A stretch of 64,000 nucleotides of DNA from Trichonephila clavipes (lineage: Eukaryota): contig BMAU01016994.1 of the NCBI GenBank assembly GCA_019973935.1, positions 1,008,762 through 1,072,761 on the forward strand. The letters are read 5' to 3'. Position numbers and translations under genes: made by a program. This document shows, one piece after another, positions 13,445-24,960 of the stretch (the stretch's first letter is position 1; each line of letters opens with the position of its first letter). The notes beneath the pieces were generated by a model. It did no database searches. It saw nothing but the letters and a program-made list of their open reading frames with translations, and was not told the DNA's origin.

Positions 13445-13700
13445 TTGAATATAGATCCGCTAAGAACGGATTTTACGGAAATCGAGGAGAGGAGGGGAGA
13501 GGAATTCTTTTGCAGCGTATTGATAAAAAATTCCCCATTTTTGAACTATTAGACCTTCAATAAGGAAATTTATCTCTGTTGTTGAACTGAACGGGTTTGT
13601 TGAATGGGTCTTACAAAAATCGACTCTCAATGGTGGTTACTGGAGCTTATTGAAAAAAAAAGATTGTTTTTGATCTAGTAGATTTAAACTTGAAATTTGG
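12620..13700 (+). repeat. satellite-like tandem array, ~135-150 bp unit, about 7 units (left arm)
   Basis: Recurring unit containing GGGGCGTTATA..AATATTC..GTTT..AACTATTAGACCTACAAACTTGAAATTTGGTAGG at ~140-bp spacing. Confidence 0.8.
13403..13443 (+). repeat. poly(T) tract of ~41 nt inside the array
   Basis: Uninterrupted T run. Confidence 0.95.
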
Positions 13701-13806
13701 CAAGCATGTTTATTTAATTGAGTAGATACTCACTAAAAATGGGTTTTGGGAAATCCACTTTGGAGGGGGTTACGAGAGAATAAAATATAATTCTATTACA
13801 ATTTAT

Positions 13807-14135
13807 GACAATCCCCCATGTCGTGTATTCATTGTGTTGAAATAAAGAAGCCTTTTCATTACTGGAACAAATACTATTTAATGTTCTTACGTTCCACAAC
13901 ACAAGGGGTCACTTAAATAAAACAACACACATCCATTATAGTTACAGAAAAATAGCTTAAGGACTAAAAGGGGGGGGACAGGCTTTCCCTGACTCCACGT
14001 GTGCACATCTTTTCCCGGTAGCGATCCAGGGCAGCAGAGCGGGGGGACGAGTTCCCGCTTCTCAAAAGAACAGGTGGTGCCCCCTGGCTGCCACTAATCA
14101 TAAAGGGAAGGCAGGGTTTAAATATAGTTGTTACA
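13807..14135 (-). repeat. 3' LTR (TG...CA)
   Basis: About 95% identical to 22404-22738. Minus-strand read starts TGTAACAAC and ends GGGGGATTGTCA. Preceded by GTAGGGGGAGAA polypurine tract (14136-14150, minus). Confidence 0.8.
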
Positions 14136-14421
14136 TTCTCCCCCTACACCGCCGAAGACCGTCTCGGCGAGGGGGTGTACTAGCAGACATTATGGCATTC
14201 TCTCCGGCAGTCCCTCTAGGAATCAATGGCTGTTTACGTGGCCTTCCTCTTTTCTTGAGAGGTACTACAGGAGACTGGGTCTCTGTGCCATTCAGAAAGG
14301 GTGTTAAAGCTGATGTATGGTAGACACCTAAAGGTTCGTCGGGTTTGTCACAACTGGCTACTACAAAGGTAGTGGGAGATCTCTGGGATAACACAATGTA
14401 CGGCCCGTCTCTCCTAGGCAT
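14131..14421 (-). pseudogene. integrase C-terminal fragment
   Basis: ORF ...GPYIVLSQRSPTTFVV...PLGVYHTSALTPF... (gypsy integrase C-terminus, GPY/F-like) lies immediately upstream of the 3' LTR. Confidence 0.6.
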
Positions 14422-14486
14422 GACTTTTGCACTCCTGTTCTGACTCGCTTTACTTAATGGGTGAAGTGAAGTTTTGATTAGTGGCA

Positions 14487-14773
14487 GCCAGGAGGCACCA
14501 CCTGTTCTTTTGAGAGCGGGAACTCATTCCCCCCTCTCTGCTGCCCTGGATCGCTACCGGGGAAAGATGTGTACACGTGGAGTCAGGGAAAGCCTGTTTC
14601 CCCCCCCCCTTTTAGTCCTTAAGCTATTTTCTGTAACTATAATGGATGTGTGTTGTTTTATTTAAATGACCCCTTGTGTTGTGGAACGTAAGAAAATTAA
14701 ATAGTATTTGTTCCAGTAATGAAAAGGCTTCTTTATTTCAACACAATGAATACACGACATGGGGGATTGTCAA
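14487..14773 (+). repeat. 5'-truncated LTR copy of the same family in inverted orientation, inside the element
   Basis: Reverse complement of 13807-14100. It sits between the RT/RNaseH ORF end (14857) and the integrase C-terminal ORF (14421). Confidence 0.75.
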
Positions 14774-14856
14774 TGTTAAATTCATCAGCCTCTTTAACGG
14801 TTGATGGTCGGATGCCACTGTAATTTCTGCCCCTTCAATATATCCTCTAAATTTGT

Positions 14857-15844
14857 TTAAGGCCCAGACTGCAGCCAAGGCTTCTCGCTCTGTTGTCGAG
14901 TAATTTTTTCAGCAGAACTCAAGAGTCTACTGGCATATTCTACTAGCTGTTCATCGGTGGGGCTTTCTCCTTGTAACAGAACTGCACCGAGGGCGTAACT
15001 GCTTGCATCCGTTCGGATGATAAAAGGCTTTTCAGGATCAACTTGTCTCAATATTGGCGGGGTTATTAAACATTGTTTGAGGGTTTGGAAAGCTTGTTGC
15101 TCAATTTCACTCCATTTCCAAGCAGTACTTTTCTTTGACAAGTTGCTAAGGGGTCTAGCAATATCTGAAAAATTCGGGATGAATTTTCTATACCATGAGC
15201 AGGTCTGTAAAAATGACTGTAGCTGCTTTAGGTTTCTCGGGGAAGGAATGTTTTGTATCGCTGCAGTTTTATCCTGATCCACCTCTATTATCTTAGGAGT
15301 TATCCAAAGTCCAAGGTATTTTACGCGAGAGCAAACAAACTTGCATTTTTCTTTGTTAGCACATAATTTAAATATTTTAAGTCTGTCAAAGACCATTCTT
15401 AAGTCCTCAATGTGTTGTTCAAACGTTTCAGACAACACAACGATATCGTCTAAATACACCAGAATATTTACATTTGGCAATCCATTACGAAACTGGTCCA
15501 TAAGACGCTGAAAGGTTGCTGGGGCATTGCGAAGTCCAAATGGCATTCTTTTGTACCTAAATGTACCAAAAGGGCAAACGAATGCAGTCTTATCCTGGTC
15601 CGCTGGATTGACCTCTACCTGATGATAACCGGATTTTTTTTAAGTCAAGGGTAGACATAAAAGCAGTAGATTTAGCATCATGTAAAAGAACATTCATGAG
15701 GGGCAGTGGATATTTGTCAGGTATAGTAATCGCATTTAATTTACGATAATCTATGCACAACCTAACAGTTCCATTAGACTTGGGCACTAAAACTACTGGG
15801 GCTGCGTATGGGGACTCGCATTCTTCTATAATATTATGAGCCAA
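14857..15844 (-). CDS. reverse transcriptase plus the start of RNase H (two ORFs, 15590-15844 and 14857-15546)
   Basis: Motifs LCIDYRKLN, PFGLRNAPATFQRLM, YLDDIVV, TDASSYALGAVLLQ. Confidence 0.85.
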
Positions 15845-16003
15845 AAGATTATCAATTTCTTTCCTTAAGTGTTCTTTCCTGTTTGGAGATAGTCTATAAG
15901 GTGCAGTTGAAACTGGTGGGTGGTCACCTGTGTTTAAAAAGTGTTTTACGAATGGAGTTGGTTCTCCCCCTAGTCTGAAAACATCTTTACTTTCATTAAG
16001 CAG

Positions 16004-16281
16004 GGGCCGCGGTAGCCGAGTGGTATAGGTATCGGACTGTGGCTTGCTTTGTCACAGGATCGAGCCCAGTACCACTAAAGACCTGCCGTGTAGGGCAGCG
16101 ATGCACGTTAAATCTGTCGAGAGCTGAAACGTCCTCCCGTTGGTGTGGTGTGGTAGTTAGGAGAGGGGGGTGCCAGCTCAGGTGTCGTCCACGTCACTTG
16201 ACCATGGTTCAAAATTACGTGGTCCGTCGCCAAAAGCCCTCGTGTAGCTGAACAGTGCGACGTTAATATTCAATCAATCAA
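16004..16281 (+). mobile_element. SINE1 full-length copy inserted between the gypsy PR and RT
   Basis: tRNA-like head GCCGCGGTAGCCGAGTGGTATAGG...GTTCGAGCCC, then conserved body and (TCAA)n tail. 13-bp target-site duplication TTCATTAAGCAGG (15991-16003 and 16282-16294). Confidence 0.85.
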
Positions 16282-16731
16282 TTCATTAAGCAGGACCATC
16301 AAATCATTTCTTTCTTCTACATTTAGAGCCTGTCCTTCTTCTTCTCGCGAATGGAGATCATTTGTCTCAGTTTCATCAACAGTGTTGCTATGCAATGGAA
16401 TTTCACTGGGAATCGAATTTGTGGGACAAGAACTACTATTTATTTCGACAGGACTGTCGTCTACAGGCAAAGGAACATCTTTTGAAAAAGGTACCCTGAA
16501 GCTTGGTTTGTCACCAAAATACCAAAAATTGTTACGCATGTCCATTACGATTCCTGATGTCCTTAAAAAGTCAACACCTAGAAGAGTGCGGTTACCTTTT
16601 GCATGTGGCAAAAAAATTAAATCGATTTGGAAAGTTCGTTCACCTACAGTGATTGGTACTGTAGCTTTTTGAACAAGGGATGTGGATTTCAGCACAAACT
16701 GTGCCTGTAGCCTCATAGACTTCGATGTCAA
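16270..16731 (-). CDS. aspartic protease
   Basis: ORF with ...IDLIFLPHAKGNRTLLGVDFL... (retropepsin-like). Confidence 0.6.
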   Translation of the reverse strand: MTSKSMRLQAQFVLKSTSLVQKATVPITVGERTFQIDLIFLPHAKGNRTLLGVDFLRTSGIVMDMRNNFWYFGDKPSFRVPFSKDVPLPVDDSPVEINSSSCPTNSIPSEIPLHSNTVDETETNDLHSREEEGQALNVEERNDLMVLLNELID

Positions 16732-17886
16732 GTAGAGCTACTGGGGAGGTAAGACAAGTAAACATGTGTATGGCGTTGACAGAGGCACAGTGTGCATTTT
16801 AGTGAGCATTTTGGACATTTCGATTTTATAAATCCAGGGTTGCTACAACCATAGCAAGAAATAGGTGGATGAAAACCGGTGTTGGTATTCCGAGCTGGCA
16901 TGTAGCTAGGGTTAGCAAAAGCACTATTGTGATTACCCGAAACATTCTTTTCAACTTTGAATGAGTGAGACTTCCTAAACTCCGGATTGCCTGTGTTCCT
17001 AGAAAAACGAGAGTTGCTTAGTTTTGTTAATTTCTGCGAAGAGGGTTTAACATTTTCGAATGAGTCCAGCTTTTCAGCTAACACAACAGGATCATTCAGT
17101 ATTTCCCAAGTGTCTAGGAAATGATTCTTGTAATCTGGTGGACAACTTTTTTTATTTGATCTGCTATGATAAGATCTTTCAAGGTTTCAAATGAATCTAT
17201 TTCTAATTCTTTTAGCCAACCTTCGAAAAAGGTTCTTAGCTCAAAAAAGAAATCTTTCCACGTGGAATGATCCTGTTTCTGGTGTCGGCAAAAAAGGACT
17301 CTGAAACGGTCAGCTGTCAGCTTGAACCCTTGCAATAAAATATTGTGAATGTGAGCCTAATTCCTAAACATCTCTTCCAGTTCTCTTGCAATTAACCTGC
17401 CAATATCACTTGGCAGGACTCCAATTAAGTGTGATACCCAAAAATCGGCAGGTACATTTAGGAGCTTCATTTGTCTTTCGAACATTGTTAAAAACAATGA
17501 TATGTCATCTTTATCAGGGATGAATGTGGGCAAGACTGTTTTTAAATCCAGCCTCATGGGGTTAGAATCCATTTGAGAAGAATTACCTACGGAAGCTGGA
17601 GGATTTTGCGCTTGTAATTTAAGCTTTTCAAGCTCAAATGCTCTCTGATCAGCAAGACACTTATCCTCCCGTTCCATTTTCTTAAGGCTTCGCCTTCAAG
17701 CGATTTACGTTCATCAACAATGTTATCGAACATCTCTTTCACAAACTGCTCATTATTCTGAAAGAATGTACATGAAGTGATTTTTTCGCGTAAGTCAATT
17801 ATTTTATCCTCTAAAGTCACAGAGACTCGTAGCTCACTTGCTAAATTATAGAGGTCTATTTTCTTGCCTTTTGAGAGAAAAGCCAT
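16728..17886 (-). CDS. gag (4 ORF pieces) with CX2CX4HX4C zinc knuckle
   Basis: ORFs 17587-17886, 17357-17677, 17114-17335 and 16728-17084 (CYGCSNPGFIKSKCPKC). Confidence 0.65.
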
Positions 17887-18180
17887 ATTCGTCTTTTAAA
17901 ATAAAACTAGATTCAGGTTTTAAAGTATACAGGAAGTTATAAATTAAATTGGTTTTCCTAATAGCAATGGATAAGTATTAACCAATCATTAAACAACTAC
18001 CTTCCCTGTAAAGAAAACATAAAAAGAAAAAATTCAATATAAAGGGTATAAACAAAACATTTTTTACAAAGATCTTCGGAAAATCTAAATAAAATACCAT
18101 AAATTCAACTGTATATGAAATATAAAATTAATCCTGAGTCACAATAGCATATTGAAAAAACGTGATTACATGTTATGTTA

Positions 18181-18192
18181 TGAAATATATAT

Positions 18193-18264
<72 letters not shown>

Positions 18265-18270
18265 TTATAT
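18181..18270. repeat. (TA)n microsatellite
   Basis: Dinucleotide run. Confidence 0.95.
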
Positions 18271-18779
18271 AGTTGATGGATTATTGGAGTACCTGCTTCC
18301 CGCAGGGAAGCTCAAACTCCTATCATGAATTACTGGGTGGTTACATGGGTTCAGCTTATCTCTTAGCCCTTTGCTGCATCATTAAAAAATTTTGTGTGAA
18401 TGAATAAACGTAAAGTAATTAAGAAATTAAAAAGTGAATAAATAAGAATTTAAGTGTGTGAGAAATTAAATAGAGACTTGAGTATTAAATTAAAATGCTT
18501 GAGTGTTGAATTAAAACATTTGCTTAAAGTTCGCCCAAAATGGGCGCCTATATGAGTGAATTAGTGAGATTCTGAGTGGTCCAATCAGGGGGAGCCTATC
18601 AGAACCTGATGAAGTGGGTGTGTCTGAGAGGGTGGAGTTCTGGAAGCCGAGGCGTTCTCAGAGCTCGTGATGCAATTGGTCGGCTCACTCTTCTCCTATT
18701 GGTCGAGAGCGAGTTCGATAGCGGAATTGTGAATTTCGAGAGAGAGAATGATTTGAGAAGTTAAATTAGGATATTTCGT

Positions 18780-20700
18780 GGTCTATTAAATAAAGGATTA
18801 ATGTTATATTTATCAATGCGAGCAATTGCTCGATTAGTATGAGAGTCTATGTTGTTGAAAAACTTAATCGCGATTTTTTTTGAAGAATTCTTTTAAGGTT
18901 TTAATTTTTAACGCAAATCTGATTTCATCATTTCTGATGTACCAGGGAGAGTCTGTGATGATTTTTAAAATTTTGTTTTGTGCTGTTTCTAACATTTTAA
19001 CATTAGAATAGGCTGCGTGGCCCCAGATTGGACTTGCATATTGTAGGACAGGTCTGAGAACGAGTTTATAAATAAGCAACTTGTTTCTCAAGGATAAACA
19101 TGATTTCCGTGCGATTAAAGGGAAAACTTTAGCGACGGAAATGTTAAAATTTCGGCGAACGCGAATGATATGTTGTTTGAAAGTGAGTCTTTTATCGAGG
19201 ATCACCCCTAAGTATTTGGTGTTATTAGACCAGGGTATGTGTGTGTTGTGAAGGTATAACTTGGGTGGTTCTTTTTTGATGTGATATGAGAAGAAGACGG
19301 CCTCTGTCTTTGCTACATTTAAAGCAATTTTCCAAGTAGAGAACCAGTCTTCTAGTTTAGCAATGTGCTTGTGTAGGAAGTGAGTAACGAGTTGGAGTTC
19401 GTTACTTTGTGCCAGGATCGCCGTGTCATCGGCAAACATGCAAATCGTGGATTGGCTGGTTCTAGGAATATCGTTAACATAGATATTAAATAGAATCGGA
19501 GAGATGGAACTGCCCTGAGGAGTTCCAGCAATTATTCTTCTGTTGGAAGAATGAGAGTTATTTACTTTCACCGTGAAAGAACGGTTATTTAAAAAGGAAT
19601 TAATTAGTTTGATTAAGTGGGGAGGGGTTTTAATTTTAATTAATTTGTAGAGTAGTCCCACATGCCATACTCTATCAAATGCCTTCTGGATGTCTAGGAA
19701 AACAGCGCCGGTAGATTTCCGGTCTTGGAATCCTGATTTTATGTACTCCACCACCCGCAGAAGCTGGTGTGATGTGGAGAGTCCGTCTCGGAAGCCATGT
19801 TGTTGAGGGATTAGGATGTCATTATCGTTTAGATGTAGACAGAGTCTTTTTTTGAATAATTTTCTCAGTTATTTTACTGAGAACAGGTAATAATGAGATT
19901 GGGCGAAAACTATCTGGGAGGGTAGGATCTTTCCCAGGTTTAAGGATCGGAATTACCGATGCTGTTTTCCATAGTTGTGGGAAGTAACCCACTTTAAGAA
20001 TATTGTTAATTAGATTAGTAATTTGGAAGATTACAGATCTATTAAAATGTTTGCACATTTTTGTCGTGATACCTTCTCGGCCGGGGGCCGTTCTGATTTT
20101 AAAGTTATTGATAATGTTAATTATTTCGGAAGGTTTAGTATTAGTAGGAGAGTCATCAAAATTATTTTCGTTATTAAGGAATCTAGAAACCAGCCTAGTG
20201 TGGGTTGAGTCTTGTGTTGGATTTGAAATGTCGTTGAGTTGAAACTGATTTTCTAGCGAGTCCGCTAGTGTTTCAGCTTTTTCGTCGTCTGTAAAGGCGA
20301 TCCTGGTGTTGCCGTTAAGGGCTGGGATGGGGGATCTCTTCTTCTTAAAACCTTTGGTCATGTTCCATAAGGAGCCATCGACCGTGTCTAGAGAAGCGAG
20401 TTTGTCCTCCCATTGTTTTTGTGTGAATGCTTGTGTTTTTCTGTGAATTTTATTCTGAATTCTGTTGAGATCTGTTTTATGAGTGGGATTCCGTGTGAAT
20501 TGATAAAGTTTACGTGTCTTATTTCTAAGTTTAAAGAGTGCTTTTAACTCGTTGTCTATGTAAAAATTATTGTTAGCGTAGATTTTAATGGATGCGTTGT
20601 TGTATGCATTAAGAATGTGGTTGGTGAGAGTGGAGGCCTGCTCTTCAATCTCCTCTCCCGTCTGCGCTGTGATTGGTTGAAAAGTGGGCGTGTTTGAGAG
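18780..20700 (-). mobile_element. nested LINE (Jockey/CR1-like), 5'-truncated, inside the gypsy leader
   Basis: ORFs 19822-20361 (..FRPISLLPVLSKITEKII..) and 18864-19754 (..FADDTAILA.., GTPQGSSISPILFNIYVNDIP). Same family as the 6713-9000 LINE. Confidence 0.8.
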
Positions 20701-22019
20701 GGTGTTGAATCGATGGGGCTGGAGCGCCTGATCTCATTTCGAGATCTTTATCTCCTATCTTTCAGAGTTGGGTTTGTCACTTTCAACTTGATTAATTGCC
20801 CTTTTTTAAATTTAAAATATACAAGAAATTAAGATAAACAGTGATTGCCATAAAATTTAATATGAAAAATAATGCAAAGTGTTGTGAGGACTAGTACTGG
20901 AAGTAGATGTTTGTGTTTGGCTGTCGTGTGTGTGCGAAAATATCACAGGAGCGCCTTTCGACTCATCCTCCGAGGAGGGGGTCGGTGGAAACCGAAAGCG
21001 TTCCCAGTATATATACTTAATAAGTACAAAACATTTAAAAGCTAAATGTATCACACTGTGACTCAATTAGGAATATAAGATTATTTAATATTCATTTTTT
21101 TTTTAAAAAAAAATATTTCTTGTGAAATACTTATATATTTTATGAAACCTTCCTTACGTAATTCTAAAAAACACACCGGAAATGCAATGAATAAAATACA
21201 CAGTATTGCATAATCATGCTATTTTCACAAAAAGAAATATATATATTTAACTAAACAATTTCTCCGCTATCACAGGATGTGACTCATGCAAATTAAACAA
21301 AAAATCTATTCTCAAGAAACATAAAATTTAAAATCACCAAATAGAACTTTTTGAAAGCTATAAATATATCAATTCATGAAATAAACTGTAAAAATATCTA
21401 AATCTGAAAACATTACATATATCAAAGTTTGATAATTAAATGAGGTTTCTCCCCTTCTGCTTGATAGCAGAAATTACCTTTTATTTTAATATTTAACTTT
21501 AGGGAAAAAATATATTCAACAGCTCCTTATAATAATAATAACAACCTAGAATTTCACCATTTACTCAATATAGCAATTATTTACAGCAAATTATTATATA
21601 GCAATTATTTTAAAATGCACCAATACATATTTATCAATAATGTTATTTCAGTTGCTTCTTCCTGAAAGCAGAGATGATTTTTTCACTATTTGAATTTCAC
21701 AGTTATTTCAACAGCAGATTGAAATAATTATAATTAAAAAAATGCTTATAGAAGCAAAATATACAAATACTAATATCTCAAGAAAGATAAATGATCATAT
21801 TCCTCAATATTATTGCACAAAAGATTTGTTACACCTACTCACAGATTTAATTTCAGTTTCCTTGTTCAAGTACAGGTGAAGATTTCAGTAACACATAATC
21901 TCGGGAAGAGATTGTTTTTTCTTCAAAATAGCAGATATCTTGTAAGCACCACTCGCGCACTTCAAAACGATATATTGAATATATTTAGCAGATATCTTAA
22001 GCACACCCCACTTTCTTGA

Positions 22020-22260
22020 TCACGATGGTATTTTTAACACATAAATCAACACAATTTCACTTCGGATTATTTCCTCACTTTTCGAGCACTTTCACCTTAG
22101 TATCCGGATGATACTAACCGATTATTTTCCAACTAAAAGACGAGCACTTTCACCTTAGTATCGGGATGATACTAAAACTGACAATTTTCTAAAAGACGAG
22201 AACTTTTACGTTAGTATCAGGATGATACTAAAATCGATTATTTCCAGATACAATCAAGCA
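22020..22260. repeat. ~58-bp tandem repeat, about 4 units, in the gypsy 5' leader
   Basis: Repeated GACGAGCACTTTCACCTTAGTATCGGGATGATACTAAAA....ATTTTC. Confidence 0.75.
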
Positions 22261-22388
22261 CTTTAACTTTGACTGTCGGGGCGACACACACTAAAATTTC
22301 CATACACGTGGTCAGTTGGTCGAAGAAAAACAACATGTCCGTTCAAGGAAGCGTTGATCAGCATCTCGGTTTCCTGGTCCGGTTAGAA

Positions 22389-22400
22389 CGTTGGGCGCCA
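22389..22400 (-). promoter_or_regulatory. primer-binding site matching tRNA-Lys(1,2) 3' end (TGGCGCCCAACG)
   Basis: Lies 3 nt downstream of the LTR end on the minus strand. Matches the first 13 nt of the TGGCGCCCAACGTGGGGC PBS used by Lys1,2-primed retroelements. Confidence 0.7.
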
Positions 22401-22403
22401 CTA

Positions 22404-22738
22404 TGACAATCCCCCATGTCGTGTATTCCTTGTGTTGAAATAAAGAAGCCTTTTTATTACTGGAACAAACACTATTTAATGTTCTTACGTTCCACAACAC
22501 AAGGGGTCACTTAAATAAAACAACACACATCCATTATAGTTACAGAAAAATAGCTTAAGGACTAAAAAGGGGGAGGGAAACAGGCTTTCCCTGACTCCAC
22601 GTGTACACATCTTTTCCCGGTAGCGATCCAGGGCAGTAGAGCGGGGGACGAGTTCCCGCTTCTCAAAAGAACAGGTGGTGCCCCCTGGCTGCCACTAATC
22701 ATCAAGGGAAAAGGCAGGGTTTAAATGTAGTTGTTACA
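22404..22738 (-). repeat. 5' LTR
   Basis: Direct repeat of 13807-14135. Confidence 0.8.
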
Positions 22739-22795
22739 AATTTTATTATTTGGAAGTTCTGTCCTTTTTAAATCAAGTATTATAAGAATATTTTT

Positions 22796-22800
<5 letters not shown>

Positions 22801-22841
<41 letters not shown>

Positions 22842-22850
22842 TAGCCGTTA
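22801..22850. repeat. (AT)n microsatellite
   Basis: Dinucleotide run. Confidence 0.95.
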
Positions 22851-23089
22851 CCCACCCGCTTCACTGGGTATTTCACGATGTTGTATATATGTATACTGTT
22901 TACATATATATTAATTATTGATATCTAGCATTAGGAATTCGATTGTATTGAAAAATATATTTATAGCTGTTACACTCTCGCCCCTTGATATAAAAAACAT
23001 AAATTATAATATCTAATTTCTATTTATATCTAAAATAGAAGTAGACAGATTTTTTTCGTTCACTTAACCTAATAATCAAGTGGATTCCC

Positions 23090-24240
23090 ACCAAAACAAC
23101 TTTCAGTGGATCTCTACTCTATAAAATAAACATGCATGCTAAATTTGAAGTCTAAATGTAACAGAGCAAAAACGGAATTTTTATCATCAATACCTCGTTG
23201 ACAGCATTCTTAGCGGATTCCAATTCAACAAAAGAAGCACGCAAACCAAATTTTATTATTATAGTCTTAGCAGTTCAAAAACGGGAATTTTGTCTATCAA
23301 TACGCCCCAATAACTCTCCCCGCTTCCCCCTGGAGTTGATTTCCGTAAAATCCGTTCTTAGTGGAACTCTATTCAACTATAAAGAAAAGTGTTCAACAAA
23401 TTTCAAGTAAATGAGTTAAATTCAAAAACAGGAATTTTTCTATAACACGCCTTAATCCCTCGCAATCCCACTCCTTTGGGGGTCCGTTTACGCAAAAATC
23501 TTTGTAAAAGGAACTTTATTCCATGAACGGAACATACCTTCTATTAGTTGAAAAGCGGAAATATTTATCTATTACGCCCCTTAATCTCCCTCAGTGACCC
23601 TTGGGGATCAATTTCCCCCAGAACTATTTTGTAGCGGATCTCTACACCATGAAAGGAATTCGCTTACCAAATTTTAAGACTGTACGTCTAATAGTTTAAA
23701 AATGGAAATAATTAGCTATAACGCCCCTTAAGCCCCCGCAATGCCCCTTAGGAAACGATTTTCACAAAACCCATCTTATAGTGGATTTCTACTTAATGAA
23801 TGAAATCAGCTTACTAAATTTCGAGATTTTACGTCTAATAGTTTAAAAAAAGAGTTAATTGCCTATAATGCCAATTAATTCTCTACAACGCCACTTGGGA
23901 GTCGATTTTGACAAAACCCATTTTGCATCGGATCTGTACGCTATGAAAGGAATCCCCTTACCAAATTTCAAGACTGAACATCTAATAGTTTAAAAATGGA
24001 AATAATTATGTATAACGCCCCTTAAGCTCCCTCAACGCCCCTTGGAGGTCGATTTTTGTAAAAATCATTATGTAGGGAATCTCTACTTTATGAAAGAAAT
24101 CTGTGTAACAATAATTATCTATAACGCCCCTTAATTCCCCGTAACGCCCTTTGGGGTTCGAACTTTGAACAATCCGTTCTTATCTGACGTCTACGCCATG
24201 AAGGGAACCTACCTACCAAATTTCAAGTCTGTAGGTTTAA
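23090..24240 (-). repeat. satellite-like tandem array (right arm), inverted relative to 12620-13700
   Basis: Reverse complement of the left-arm unit (ATAACGCCCCTTAAG...CTAATAGTT...) recurs at ~140-bp spacing. Inner ends also align (13443-13700 versus 23090-23390). Confidence 0.8.
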
Positions 24241-24287
24241 TAGTTCCGGAGATATCGTGATTAGTCAGTGAGTGAGTCGCTTTTCTC

Positions 24288-24290
<3 letters not shown>

Positions 24291-24353
<63 letters not shown>
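24291..24353. repeat. (TA)n microsatellite, BEL insertion site (left part)
   Basis: Dinucleotide run adjacent to the LTR. Confidence 0.95.
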
Positions 24354-24357
<4 letters not shown>

Positions 24358-24504
24358 TGATCACTACACCCGGGATAGCTCAATAACACACACCTCACAC
24401 ATGGACTGTAAAACACGCTCTATTTTTATTCACCTAAACACATAGTAACTAGAGATACACAGACAGCGCCGTCTGGTGCACGGTTTTTGCGACAAGCATG
24501 AACA
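24354..24504 (-). repeat. BEL 3' LTR
   Basis: TGTTTGATCACTACACCC...GACAAGCATGAACA. Polypurine-like GCAGGGGAGAA adjacent (24505-24520, minus). Confidence 0.8.
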
Positions 24505-24960
24505 TTCTCCCCTGCGTTGACATGTAATACATTCAACAATAACACAAATTACAATAAAACATTAAACGATAAAATACTATAGGATTACGTAAAACAATTT
24601 AAGGTACATATAAAAATTCTAATACAAAATATTCAGAGACAAAATTCAAACTGGCATAGGTAAAAGACAAACTCTTGAAATGGCTCTTTTATATTCTCCA
24701 AATTGTGTTTTTACTTTTACAACCCTTATTAGTGCATCACTGCCACTATAAATCTCAGTGATTCTCCCTAAAGGCCATTTAAAGGTTGGCATATTGTCTT
24801 CAATGAGAACTACCAAATCAACCACCTTAACATTTTGTTTTTTAAATTGCCATTTATTGCGTTGTTGTAATTCACTAAGATAACATCTGTGCCACTTATT
24901 CCAAATTAGTTGTACTAGTCTGGTTATCCGTTGCCATTTTTTAAGGGCATTCTCTTTTAA

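Larger units (their letters stand above)
13807..22738 (-). mobile_element. Ty3/gypsy LTR retrotransposon, 8.9 kb, with nested LINE and SINE insertions and an internal rearrangement
   Basis: Direct 330-bp repeats (LTRs) at 13807-14135 and 22404-22738. tRNA-Lys-type PBS TGGCGCCCAACG next to the 5' LTR. Polypurine tract before the 3' LTR. gag, PR, RT and IN-C ORFs on the minus strand. Confidence 0.85.

Noticed and set aside
13800-22745. Target-site duplication for the 8.9-kb gypsy element
   Set aside because: The flanks ATTTA (left) and AATTT (right) are not identical. No clean 4-5-bp TSD, so none is claimed.
24291-24353. Regular short repeats ((TA)n tracts, the 58-bp tandem repeats at 22020-22260, the 140-bp arrays) might be a CRISPR array
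   Set aside because: This is eukaryotic DNA with no cas genes. The repeats are microsatellites or satellites without unique spacers of constant length.
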